Assembly: GCA_032718475.1 (NCBI GenBank)
Contig: JAUCBJ010005698.1
Span: forward strand, 1-64,000
Direction of reading: 5' to 3'
From: Nemertoderma westbladi
Lineage: Eukaryota; Animalia; Xenacoelomorpha
DNA length: 64,000 nucleotides
The notes beneath the pieces are model-generated. The model saw only the letters and a program-made list of their open reading frames with translations. It was not told the origin of the DNA and searched no databases. This document shows, piece after piece, positions 10,494 through 22,500 of the stretch. Position 1 is the stretch's first letter. Each line of letters opens with the position of its first letter. The position numbers and the translations under genes are program-made.

Positions 10494-12650
10494 TTACCAT
10501 CCCTCGTACGAATCTTGATAGAAAGCCGCGTCATCTCCGAACTTCTTCTTAGCCGGAGCCGGAGCTTGGGCCGAAGGAGCAGCGGGTTGGGCCTGCGGGG
10601 CCTTCCTCTTGATCCCGGCCCTGGCGCCTCGCATCTCCAACGCGTTCATGGCCCCCCCGCGCGGCACCATACCTCCACGCATGGCCCCACGTTGCGGGTA
10701 GCCCCCATAGCCCCCGTAACCCCCACCACCGCCCCCTCCTCCGTACCCCATTGCACTCTGCCCCCCCATCATGCCCCCTCCGTACATGGCCCCCCTGGCT
10801 ACCGCGCCGCCGCCGCCCCGGGCTGGACCCCCCCTGGGTAGACCCCCCCGACCCGAGGGGGCCATCCCCCTGCTGCCCCCCATCGGACCCCCGCGCCCAG
10901 GGTACGCCCCCCGCCCACGCATGGTCGCGCTCGGCCGTTGCTGCTGGTAATAATCTCCGCCACCGTAACCGCCACTGTAATAATAATTGTACCCATAGCC
11001 ACCGTCGCCATAACCACCAGCATACGGATCTTGGTAACCCCCGTAACCGCCATATCCTTCATTACCATAATAGTAATCGTCATAGTAACCAGGCGCTGGA
11101 CCTTGACGCCCTCTACCGGGACCTTGTCCGTAGACCAGATCCGCCATCATCTTCCGCTCAGCTTCGGCTCGCTTCCTCGCATCCATGCGAGCGTTCTTCC
11201 GTTTCTTCAACTCATCGCTGGAGGGTTTGGCGAGGTAACACGAGATCTCATGATCATCTATGTTCAGACCATTCATAGCTTCGATAGCCTTCTCCGCGCT
11301 ATCTCTCTCATTGAAATGGACGAAGGCGTAATCCTTGATTTTCCTAACTTTCTCCATTTCCCCGAACTCTTTAAACTTTTCTTTCACTGTTTCCTCTGAG
11401 GTTGTAGAACTCAACCCCTTCACGTAGACAACCTTCACCTTAGACATGACCTCGGCGTCGGGTTCGTCCTCCGCGTCGGCCCAGTCTACCGCTACCGTGT
11501 GGCCCTGGAAGGGCACCACCTTGCCATTGGAGATTTTCTTGACCGCGATGGATGCAGTTCTATGACAATCAAAATCGACGAAACAGAATCCGCGGTTCTT
11601 CTTTTTGTCGTCAATCTGGGGGTAGACTATGACATCTTTAACTCCCTCTAGGATGTCGGTGAGGGCAGCAAGGATCTGCTCGCGGGTCTTGTGTTTCGGA
11701 ATCGAAGCTATGAATATACGCGTATTAGGTCGGGAGACATTGACGGTAATCTTTCTATCTCTGATGGTGTAATTGTTAAACTTCTTGCAGGCTGCATCAG
11801 CCGCTTCCTGCTCACAGAAGGTGACAAAACAGAATCCCCTATTCAATGAAGTCATTGGATCGAGCATCAATCTCAGATCATATATCTTACCAGCTTCTTC
11901 AAATATTGGTACCAACTCGTCCTCAAACACATCCCTCGGGAGTCTGCCCACAAACACATTGCACTGGCCTGTAGGTTCGCTTTCCACCCCAGGAGCAGGG
12001 CCATACTTACGCTGGCCTGTTGTAACCTCAATTGGATAATTAGTACGATCGCATAATTCCTTTAATTTATCGGGATCGGGGCCGGGTTTCTTCACTTCTT
12101 CAGCAGGTCCGGGGGCAGCTGATAAACCCCCCCTTTGACGGAATGACTTTATCATGCCACACAAGAACGCACTTTTGTTCTTGATGCGGGTTACATCAGA
12201 TCCTTTGTACTGCTGTAAAACAGAAACAGCTGATTCGGGGTCCATATCATTCAAAGCATCAGTAGCCCTAATATCTAACTCCTCAGACGTAAGGGCCCCG
12301 ATCTTGGAGCATGAATCTAATACATCAGCTACTGAAGCGTGAAACCCAATGCCAAGAAACACATCATAAGCATCACTGTGTGTTTCGCTTTCAGCACCAT
12401 TTTCTGTGGGAGGGTTATCAGTATCAGTGGTTTCCATTTTCACGATGTCTGATGGTTCTACTTTGATGCTGTCTGCTTCATCGACACCAGGTTTAACCAA
12501 ACCATTCTCCACATAGTGATTATAGAGCCGTTGGCAGAGTTCAGCCTTTAACCCTTCAGTTGGTAGTCCAGCATCAGTCAGGCTTTGCTTGATTTCAGGT
12601 ACAGTTAACCTCTTGATTGATGCCAATGAGTAATCTAATTCTGCTGCCAT
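10494..12650 (-). CDS. SYNCRIP: hnRNP R/Q (SYNCRIP/Syp-like) RNA-binding protein, 718 aa, with N-terminal SAP domain; intronless CDS
   Basis: NURR domain (ELDIRATDAL..NKSAFLCGMIKSFR), TGQRKYGP, three RRMs (VFVGRLPRDVFEDEL..NRGFCFVTF; KKKNRGFCFVDF..VDWAD; VMSKVKVVYVKGL..KIKDYAFVHF), YGG/RGG tail, terminal FYQDSY. SAP motif LTVPEIKQSL..GL.TEGLKAELCQRL. Confidence 0.95.
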   Translation of the reverse strand: MAAELDYSLASIKRLTVPEIKQSLTDAGLPTEGLKAELCQRLYNHYVENGLVKPGVDEADSIKVEPSDIVKMETTDTDNPPTENGAESETHSDAYDVFLGIGFHASVADVLDSCSKIGALTSEELDIRATDALNDMDPESAVSVLQQYKGSDVTRIKNKSAFLCGMIKSFRQRGGLSAAPGPAEEVKKPGPDPDKLKELCDRTNYPIEVTTGQRKYGPAPGVESEPTGQCNVFVGRLPRDVFEDELVPIFEEAGKIYDLRLMLDPMTSLNRGFCFVTFCEQEAADAACKKFNNYTIRDRKITVNVSRPNTRIFIASIPKHKTREQILAALTDILEGVKDVIVYPQIDDKKKNRGFCFVDFDCHRTASIAVKKISNGKVVPFQGHTVAVDWADAEDEPDAEVMSKVKVVYVKGLSSTTSEETVKEKFKEFGEMEKVRKIKDYAFVHFNERDSAEKAIEAMNGLNIDDHEISCYLAKPSSDELKKRKNARMDARKRAEAERKMMADLVYGQGPGRGRQGPAPGYYDDYYYGNEGYGGYGGYQDPYAGGYGDGGYGYNYYYSGGYGGGDYYQQQRPSATMRGRGAYPGRGGPMGGSRGMAPSGRGGLPRGGPARGGGGAVARGAMYGGGMMGGQSAMGYGGGGGGGGYGGYGGYPQRGAMRGGMVPRGGAMNALEMRGARAGIKRKAPQAQPAAPSAQAPAPAKKKFGDDAAFYQDSYEGW

Positions 12651-13058
12651 GATTAAAACTCAAAAGCAGGTATTCCAAATATAAATAGCCGAATTTTTAG
12701 ATTGCACACTGTATTTAGGCCTCCTAGAGATAAATAAACAGTAAACTGGTAAACACAATTATATCTATTGGTTGCCAATCTGACAGTACAGCAGTATGAG
12801 TAGAGTGTAGTGATTTAAGTCCGAAAATATTTGGTTTCAGGCCTACTCAGGTTCTACAAAGTACCGGTAAGAAGACTAGAGGCAAGTGGACAGTTACAGA
12901 TGCAATTCTAATGTTTTGAAATTCAAATTGAGCAGCAAATTTCAACAGTATGATCAGGAAGAAACAAAAAGGAAAGAAATCAAAACAATAAACGAGAGTT
13001 AGGAATATTGTAGCTGTAAGAAACGAAATGGGGTTAGCGACTCGAAATTTGTTTAAAG

Positions 13059-14015
13059 TAGGGATGTGCCGGATTGACCTTTTTCAAACCGGCCAGACCG
13101 GAACCGGATTTGTAAAAAAAATCCGGCCGGAATTCCGGCCAAAGCCGAATTTTTGTATATACAACCAAAACCATTTGCACCATAACCTACGCCGATTGGA
13201 TATTTGCTAATTTGATATAATGGGTTGATTTGATGTTGTTAAAATGTAAAATATGAAAATGAAATGAAATAAAGTGCAAATTGAAAAATTGAAAAGAACG
13301 AAGTAATAATAGAATAATAGCTGTACCGGTCTGCCGGTAGTGTTTTTATACTCTCTGAGTTAAATGGGATTTACTAGAGTTTCTAAATTACCTGTCGAAT
13401 AATATATAAACTGGTCATTCACGGCGGTAAGCTTAATCTCAATTTATAACAATACCTAGACCTAACACCAACGCTTGCGTGCTTGGACAATATACAGATA
13501 TAATATTTATTGACTAGTTAATAATTAGGCCTAGTACAGTATATGGGCTGGGCATAAGTGTACTAATTAATTAAATGTTAGTGAGGCTGAAGCCAACCAA
13601 ATACAAAGATTCTTGGCAAAAAAGTAGTCAGTAAGCTCAGCATATCGATTGTCATAGATAGTCATCATAGTACTGTAGTAGAGATAGTCATAAAATTATA
13701 GCTCTGCTTTAGACTTTATCATAATTCATTACATGAATAATTAAGATGATACAAACTATCTAAAAAAATGGTATTGTAGTCCATTGTAGAGTTGTAGGCC
13801 TATTTGCTTACCGGTATGTTTAAATTTGTGTGAATTTGAAAGAAAATTTATTTTGATGTTTTTTTTGAAAATTTATATTAATTGTAAATTGTGTTAACAA
13901 TTAGTTGAAATGGAAATCCGGCCAAAAAATTGAAATCCGGCCGGAGCCGGAACCGGATTTTTTTCTCTAAATCCGGCCGGAATTCCGGCCCGGCCGGATA
14001 TCCGGCACACCCCTA
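13059..14015. mobile_element. Non-autonomous hAT element (MITE)
   Basis: TIRs TAGGGATGTGCCGGAT / ATCCGGCACACCCCTA; perfect 8-bp TSD GTTTAAAG (13051-13058 and 14016-14023); CCGG-rich subtermini. Confidence 0.93.
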
Positions 14016-15190
14016 GTTTAAAGTGACGTCACTTTCACTAAATCAGGTTTCCGAAACGAAAATTTCTGAAACTAGTATTACATTTTAAAGGGAAAATGGT
14101 AGGCCTATATGGAGAAGACATTATACAGTTAGGCTATACAGTCTGACAGTCATAAACACGTAACCGAAACCCAACCCCAACACCTGTGCATCTCAGATAT
14201 GCAAATTCGGAGGACAGATTGAAACCGACACAAACTACTGGTTGACTGGATTCAAATCACATGGAATCCACCACGTTTTATGTAAAAAACGAAAATCATC
14301 CCACCTAATTAGCTCTGATTATAATTAGACTTTCGGTAGAAGTTGGAAGCCTCTGTGATTGTGTGTGCCTGTGAAACCTGCATGCGATACCACGCACATA
14401 TTTCCTCTTTTGTCCTACTGTCCTACTCCTACCATACTACAGTACTACCAGACTACCGGTACCATATATCCTAGATTGTCCTAGGCTGACAGGCTGACAG
14501 GGGGAGATTGAATGACAACGGGGTGGGATTGAATTTCTTTGTGTATTTTCATCCAGTCAGCCAGTCTCCATCCATCCTATTTTCATACGTCATACAGCTG
14601 TACAGTCATACCAGCACCAGGCAGGCCTCAATATATATTTTTTCATTTTAGTTACCCGGTCCGGCTCCGGCTCCGGTACTTTTTTAATTTACCCGGTCCG
14701 GTTCCGGCTCCGGCAAAAATCTGCCTCCGGTCTAACGATAGTAGTACCATGTGCCATGATCTGATGATAAAACCTTATCAGTTGTACGATAAACACAAAT
14801 TAAACGTGAGGGTGTTTTACCAATAACTGAATAAGGTCGATGGCAATTAGGCCTAATTCACAATCCGAATAAGATTGCACTATACTGCTATAGCCTGACA
14901 GCCTGATAGCAGGTACCGGTAGGTACCTTAAAACATTTAATTCTATCATCTATATCTCAGTAGGCCTACTGCAGTTGGCAGTACGGTATCTAGTCAGATA
15001 GCCTACTCAGCTACTGCAGTACCAGAGTACTGCAGTACTGCTATCAGGCCTGCAGGCTGCAGGGCTGTCAGGCAGGCTATACAGCTATACTGCTATACTA
15101 TAAGACTGATCAGCTGATAGGCAGATGCAAGGCATACCATACTGCATACTGCCATACACCCATACCGGTCTCGGTCTACCGGTACTGGTA

Positions 15191-16322
15191 CCGTAATACG
15201 GGGTGACTTGATACAGTTTTTGCCTTTAACTGTGAATATCTTCTGAAGTTTTTATCCTACACAGATGGAATAAAAATAAAATTTTATAGTCGGGATGAGT
15301 ACTACACCACTAGACTAAAGCACTATTTCAGGTGCTTAGTCTAGTGGTGTTTTTTTCTTAAAAACCAGCTGTATCAAGTCACCCCACATAATGGGGTGAC
15401 TTGATACACAAGCAAATTTTCCGCAATAATACCACTCTGTGAATGAGTTTGGATCATGTTGTAGGCTGTGGGGGTGACTTGATACTCCAAATAACTCCAT
15501 TTTTTATGGCAAAATATTTCATATTTAACAAGTTAAATTGCACTTTAAAAACGAAAAAGACCTTCATTGCATAGTGACATCCTGACACCAGTAAGTAAGA
15601 CAATACATTATAGAAAAAACTGGAAACTAAAACAATGAATTTAAGCACAAATTTTGCAAATTTAAGGTTTAAGTAAAGATAAAATATTTTAGAAAATTTA
15701 ACATATAACAATATTTAACAAGTTAAATTGAAGTTTAAAAACGAAAAAGACTTTCATTGCATTGTGACATCCTGACACCAGTAAATAAGACAAAACATTT
15801 TAGAAAAAACTGCAAACTAAATCAATGAATTTAAGCACAAATTTTGCCAAATCAACGTTTATGTCACAGGTATCAGAACATTTTCGCCTACAATATACCG
15901 TATATATGTATTAAGTCACCCCATTTTAAGATACACTTTAAAAACATGGGCACTCCACGTTCCACCCCCAATTCATATGAAAATTTGTAAATTTTTTTTA
16001 GGATCATAATATTCAAACTCATCTATTAGCATCTGTAAAAATAATTTTTGAACAACATTAACCCAAAGTGTCAAAAATTCAACCTATATTTTGACATTAA
16101 AAAAAAGTGAATTTTTGAAAAATTCATTTTTGGCTCTAGTTATCACAAATGCGAAGCAATGACAAAATTTATATTACTATTTGATAGACAATTTATTCAG
16201 ACATCTTCTAATATTTCAATTTTTATCATAACATCACGCAATCACCCACAATCCGTTAAAGAAAAAAAGTATAACTTGCTGTATCAAGTCACCTCAATGT
16301 ATCAAGTCACCCCGAATTACGG
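15191..16322. mobile_element. Non-autonomous pogo/Tc1-mariner-like MITE
   Basis: TIRs CCGTAATACGGGGTGACTTGATACA / TGTATCAAGTCACCCCGAATTACGG, flanked by TA on both sides; internal GGGGTGACTTGATAC copies and a ~190-bp internal duplication. Confidence 0.92.
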
Positions 16323-17891
16323 TACTGCGGAACCTTGCTGACTTCTGCCTGTGTGGCCTTGGCGCTTGACGGTTTCCTTACCAGTCAGCCGGTAAGCGGT
16401 AACGGTACCGGTACCTACTGTACAGCTGTAGGCTGGTCATGGCACCTGGCTGCCTGGTACTGTGGTAGGCTCAGGCTGTAGGCATAGGCTGATAGGGGAT
16501 GATAGGCCTACCGCTTACACCGTACTGCCGTACGGCACCCTGCTGCCCTGTTCTGCCTGTTGCTATAGGCCTACGGTACGATACTGCGATAGGTGGTAGG
16601 CCTCTTCCAGACTTCTACACAAGCTGACAAGAAGATCGCGAGATTGGTACCGGTACTTGAAGTGTAGATGTAGAATTGAAATTACTAAACAGCTAAATGC
16701 TGAAATGTACAAGCATTGTTAAGGGAAGCAGCATGGGGTGTGCCAGTTGCCAGTACAGCAGTAACCAGTAACAAACATTGACATTGAAACATTAACCAAT
16801 CATTAACAAGGTGGGTTGTTAGTTGCCTTTATTTCTCTAGCATTCACCTCACAACCACTGACCGACCAATCACGTGTTAATTGGGATTGCCAGTTACTGT
16901 AGTAGTTAGTAGCATTTAGTAGCATCCCATGCAAGGATGGTATATCACCAATAGTTTGTTCCAGGTCAAGCAAGGACATCTCCCTCTGAGAGTTGTCCTT
17001 TTGTTAGGAAGAAAAAAAGGGGGGGGGGGGGGGTGTGGGGGTGTGCCGCCTGGCTGCAAGTAAAACATTGGCGAATCTATCTATTCTTCTTTCCTTTGAA
17101 TGACTTGAATAAGTAATAATTTGACTTTCTTCACCTTGTTTCTTTTTTAAAGAAGAAATATTTTTTATTCTAGAAAATGTTTTATACAAAGGCCTTGTTA
17201 GTATTTGAAAAGCATGGAATGGATATAATACGTGTATAAAATGAATAAAATAACATTTTAAAAATTTTGAAATTTTTCAATTAAATTATCATGAAAGCTA
17301 GTAAAATTTATGGTAGTTTATAAAAAATAAAAGCAGTGATAAAAGTAATTTTCACAATAAATTTTTTTTCCAATTTTCAATCTTTATTGTTTCACTAGCT
17401 AATAAAAAGTACTAGCTAACACAAAATCAAAATTTCTAGCTACAATAGCTCTCTTACAGTTTGCCGTGCCACCTATTGCTATAATGGCACGGTCAAGTGT
17501 AATAGGTCTGAGGAGCTCTCTTACAGTTTGCCGAGCCACCTATATATTCAATATAATTCAAAAAAATATAATTGTTATAATTATATAATATATATTTACG
17601 CAAGTGATACCGTAATTTACTATTCGTACAATTACATTTTGTTACGTCTTGTGTACCTAATGTTTTTATTGTTTGTTACTAAACCGGGTACACTTCCTTC
17701 ACTTCCTTCTAGTTTCCCTAATTATGATGTGATAGATTAAAAACTATCATTTTATTATATCGAAAAATTGCTAAAATGACAAGCTAGCTAGTTTTTGTTT
17801 CTTGTTTTTTAAATGTTCTAGAACATTGTCAATCCAATTCATATAAAAATGTTGTTCTAGAACAAATATTTTTTGTTCTAGAACAAACCCT

Positions 17892-19448
17892 TATCTGCTC
17901 CCCGAAGGTAGGGGTGGGTGCTAGTCCTATCTGCTACCCGAAGGTAGAGGTGGGCGCTACTCCTATCTGGTACCCGAAGGTAGGGTTGGGCGCTGCTACT
18001 CCTATCTGCTACCCGAAGGTAGGGTTGGGCGCTACTCCTATCTGCTACCCGAAGGTATGGTTGGGCGCTACTCCTATCTGCTACCCGAAGGTAGGAGTGG
18101 ACGCTACTCCTATCTGCTACCCGAAGGTAGGGGTGGACGCTACTCTTATCTGCTATCCGAAGGTAGGGGTGGGCGCTACTCCAATCTGCTACCCCAAGGT
18201 AGGGTTGGGCGCTACTCCTATCTGCTACCCGAAGGTAGGAGTGGGCGCTACTCCTATCTGCTATCCGAAGGTAGGGGTGGACGTTACTCCTATCTGCTAT
18301 CCGAAGGTAGGGGTGGACGTTACTCCTATCTGCTACCCGAAGGTAGGGTAGGCGCTACACTCCTATCTGCTACCCGAAGGTAGGGTTGGGCGCTACTCCT
18401 ATCTGCTATCCGAAGGTAGGGGTGGACGCTACTCTTATCTGCTATCCGAAGGTAGGGGTGGGCGCTACTCCAATCTGCTACCCCAAGGTAGGGTTGGGCG
18501 CTACTCCTATCTGCTACCCGAAGGTAGGAGTGGGCGCTACTCCTATCTGCTATCCGAAGGTAGGGGTGGACGTTACTCCTATCTGCTATCCGAAGGTAGG
18601 GGTGGACGTTACTCCTATCTGCTACCCGAAGGTAGGGGTGGGCGCTACACTCCTATCTGCTACCCGAAGGTAGAGGTGGGCGCTACTCCTATCTGCTACC
18701 CGAAGGTAGGGGTGGGCTCTATTCCTATCTGCTACCCGAAGGTAGGGGTGGGCGCTACTCCTATCTGCTACCCGAAGGTAGGGGTGGGCGCTACTCCTAT
18801 CTGCTACCCGAAGGTAGGGGTGGGCGCTACTCCTATCTGCTACCCGAAGGTAGGGGTGGGCGCTACTCCTATTTGCTACCCGAGGGTAGAGGTGGGCGCT
18901 ACTCCTATCTGTTACCCGAAGGTAGGGGTGGGCGCTACTCCTAAATGCTACCCGAAGGTAGGGTTGGGCGCTACTCCTATCTGCTATCCGAAGGTAGGGG
19001 TGGACTTACTCCTATCTGCTACCCGAAGGTAGGGGTGGCCGCAACTCCTATCTGCTACCCGAAGGTAGGGGTGGCCGCAACTCCTATCTGCTACCCGAAG
19101 GTAGGGGTGGGCGCTACTCCTATCTGATACCCGAAGTTAGTAGTGGGCGCTACCCCTATCTGCTACCCGAAGGTAGGGGTGGGTGCTACTCCTATCTGCT
19201 ACCCGAAGGTAGGGGTGGGTGCTACTCCTATCTGCTACCCGAAGGTAGGGGTGGGCGCTACTCCTATCTGCTACCCGAAGGTAGGGGTGGGCGCTACTCC
19301 TATCTGCTACCCGAAGGTAGGGGTGGGCGCTACTCCTATCTGCTACCCGAAGTTAGAGATGGGCGCTACTCCTATCTGCTACCCGAAGGTAGGGGTGGGC
19401 GCTACTCCTATGTGCTACCCGAAGGTAGGGGTGGGCGCTACTCCTACC
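17892..19448. repeat. 36-bp minisatellite, ~43 copies, each with a CTACC-CGAA-GGTAG hairpin
   Basis: Unit gctactcctatctgctacccgaaggtaggggtgggc, tandem with no spacers. Confidence 0.97.
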
Positions 19449-19586
19449 CCAAGAGTTTAGCTCCCACTAATTCAACCGGTCAACCGGTTTAATGGTTTAA
19501 CCATAAAATAAGACAGTAATCCGGGTTGTGATTAAAGCTAGAAATATTTTTATTTTCGCAATAAGGAAGGCAGTTGGATAGGTCAA

Positions 19587-22500
19587 TTAATTAAAAGTGG
19601 ATTTGACTGCACATGATATAGGATTCAATGTCTTGTCCAAGTTATTAAAGACAATCCAGTTGTTAACACCAGTTTCTATTGCTTCCTCTAGAATCGTGGG
19701 GAAATAACTCTTTAAGGCATCAACAAGCTCTTCTTTGGATGTTAATATAGTTTTATTTATGACACCGGACTGGTCTTCAATTGCCAGTAGATTGTCTTTA
19801 ATATACAAAGCTCTTCCATTAGGGAACATTATTGCCCTGATGGTCTTCCCCATCCAGGGATTGGTTGGTAGTAGCATTGATCTACACACGTTCGTAATTA
19901 TATAGTCAAGCGATCTAAAATAAATAAATTTAATAATTAATAACTTAATTGCATTCAAAACTTGAAACAATACTTTATTTACTCAACTAATTCTAGATGA
20001 CATATAGAATAATGGGAAACACTGACCGCGACGAAAATGGTCGAGTGGACGAAAAGGTGAAAAATTTCTACCACAATCTACAAGCAGCTACTGATGGAGT
20101 GGATCAGCATACATTCTTAACTTTCCTGTGAGACTTTAATGCAAGTCTGTAACACTCATCCACATCGCCCTCGGTCTATAGCGATAGTGTTAAACGAAAT
20201 TCCGTCCATCTTCAGGATTTCATCTCTGGAAACAGATTTTTTTCGGCTGTAACCCAGTTCAAGAAGAAACTGGAAAGCTGTAGACTCATAGTGGACCCAG
20301 TGGTCACTACTACTACTAGGATCGGCATGTTGCATTGCAGCTGCATTCTCAAGAATGCTGTGCCGGCCTGTCGACAAAATAGCCGCCAATGGAGTAGATG
20401 GTGTCCCCCTGAGGTCTTTAAAATACCTGAGTGTTTAGAGCTCATCTATCCCATCATAGTAGACATATACAGAACAACAAGAGTCCCACAAGACATGAAA
20501 ACAAATAAGTTGATGCCAGTTCCCAAGAAGGGCAACCTAACACTCTATGGTTCTTTTCGGGGAATCTCATTGATCTCGATTGCTGCAAAGCTATACAATA
20601 GAATTCTATTAAATCGCATCAGGGATCCCATTGAGAGACTGCTGCGTGGAAATCAGAATGGGTTCCGTAAAGGTAAATGTCGTGGGACCATGGAGCCCAT
20701 TTTGGCACTTAGAAGAATAATTGAAGAGTTATCAAATAAGAAAGACAGGCATCTGGCTGTTATCTTTGTTGACTTCTTCAAGGCCTTTGATTCAGTCTCT
20801 CGATCACGTATGTTCAGCATCTTTCATTATATGGGATTCCTGATGAAATTATTGCAGCAATCAGAACAGTATACGTTGGTTTGACGACGTTTGTGGGGCG
20901 AGCCACGAAGTGAGCGAAGCCTTAGGGTGCCATTAACGAGTTGTCTGTCGTCGTCGTCGTAAATTTTTGATCGCTAATAACTCGGTTATACCTTGATGAA
21001 ATTAAATGAAACTTGGTACGTATGTAGTCCGGAAAAAGTTTAGAAAGAATCGGAAGTTTGGTAAAAAACGAACGAACGCAACAAGTTTACAGTGGATACG
21101 AGTATCCACCTGCCATAAATCTGCAGTTGCTCTGACATTTTCGAGACTTTGCATAGTTATAAAGGTCGTTAGTCTCCGTTTAGGAAAATTATTTTAAGAC
21201 AAAACAGGACGAGCGCAACGAGGCTAATCAAGGAGAAGAGTATTGTAAAACTTAAAATGTCGTACTTAACTTTAATAGCCCTAGTTAGAAGGTTTACAAA
21301 TGACAGTTAAAGTGTGTAAGGGCAAACTGAAATGGATCTTTGTTTTTACAAATAGTTTATCACAAACTGATAGCATCGCCTTCACTCATATATATTTTGG
21401 GAAAGACGGTTTTCGTATATCTAATAGATATTAGTATAATGTACTTTCTAATATAGGCTCTCGTGCTGCGCGAAGGCCCCACGAACGTGTGTCTACTGTT
21501 GACGATGACACATATCCATTCGCAGTGTTATGGGGAGTCCGCCAAGGAGACACACTTGCGCCATTCTTATTCATAATTGTGGTTGTCTATGTTCTACGCA
21601 TGTCCTTAGATCATCATAATGAAGATGGGGTGATGATAACTCCACCTACTGGCTCCAGAAGTCGAGGAAATCCTGCCAAGTACCTAACTGATCTAGACTT
21701 TGCTGATGACTTAGGAGTACTCTCAGAATCACTAAAGGGAGCCCAACGGCTCCTCAGCTCATTAGAACATGCTGTTTCTAGTGTTGGTCTTTTTGTTAAC
21801 TTGTGGAAGACCAAAATTTTGACAGTTAACTTTGAAAGTCCACAGTAAATCTCTGATTGGATGAACATAAGCTCAAAGGACAGTATGCTTGGGCATGTGG
21901 AAGACTTCTGTTACCTGGGATCATGGAGCTGGAAGTCAGGTGAGGACCTTCGAATACGTAAGAGAAAAGCATAGGCAGCCTTGAATAGGCTTTCCAGGAT
22001 TTGGAAGTCACAGATAATTAATCGGAAACTTAAGATCCGATTATTTAGAGCAGCAGTAGTTCCAGTACTCCTCTATGGGAGTCCATGCTGGGCTCTAACT
22101 GCTGAGGACACAAAATTTCTGGATGGCACATTCACAAGAATGATACGTCGAGTTCACTGTGTCGAGTAAAAGGTATCTTTGAAGGGACTTTACCTTTTCC
22201 GTACAGCAGTAGAACCCGTAGTGCCATCATACCTAGCATTAGACGTATCCACAACACCTAACCTTGGAGTCATATTGAACTCGAATCGCCGTTTCCCCCA
22301 GTGTCAACAATATCTTACCTTGGAGTTATACTGAAATCGTATTGTCTTGTCCAGGTCTCAACGCCATCATTATCGACATGTTTGGCTTCTCTGTAAATTC
22401 GACCATTGGCTCGTCTCAGACGATAACTCAGAAACGAATGGTGAAACGTTTCTGTGACGCTGTCCTCCGGAAAACCTAAAGAGAAGGCGGTGAAAGTCGG

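Noticed and set aside
10458-12342. Plus-strand ORFs over hnRNP R/Q (likewise over NOL10 32505-33986, gag 46025-49951 and PPP1R21)
   Set aside because: Antisense or alternate-frame shadows of GC-rich real CDS.
17892-19448. CRISPR-like 36-bp hairpin repeats
   Set aside because: No unique spacers, no cas genes, eukaryotic context; plain tandem repeat.
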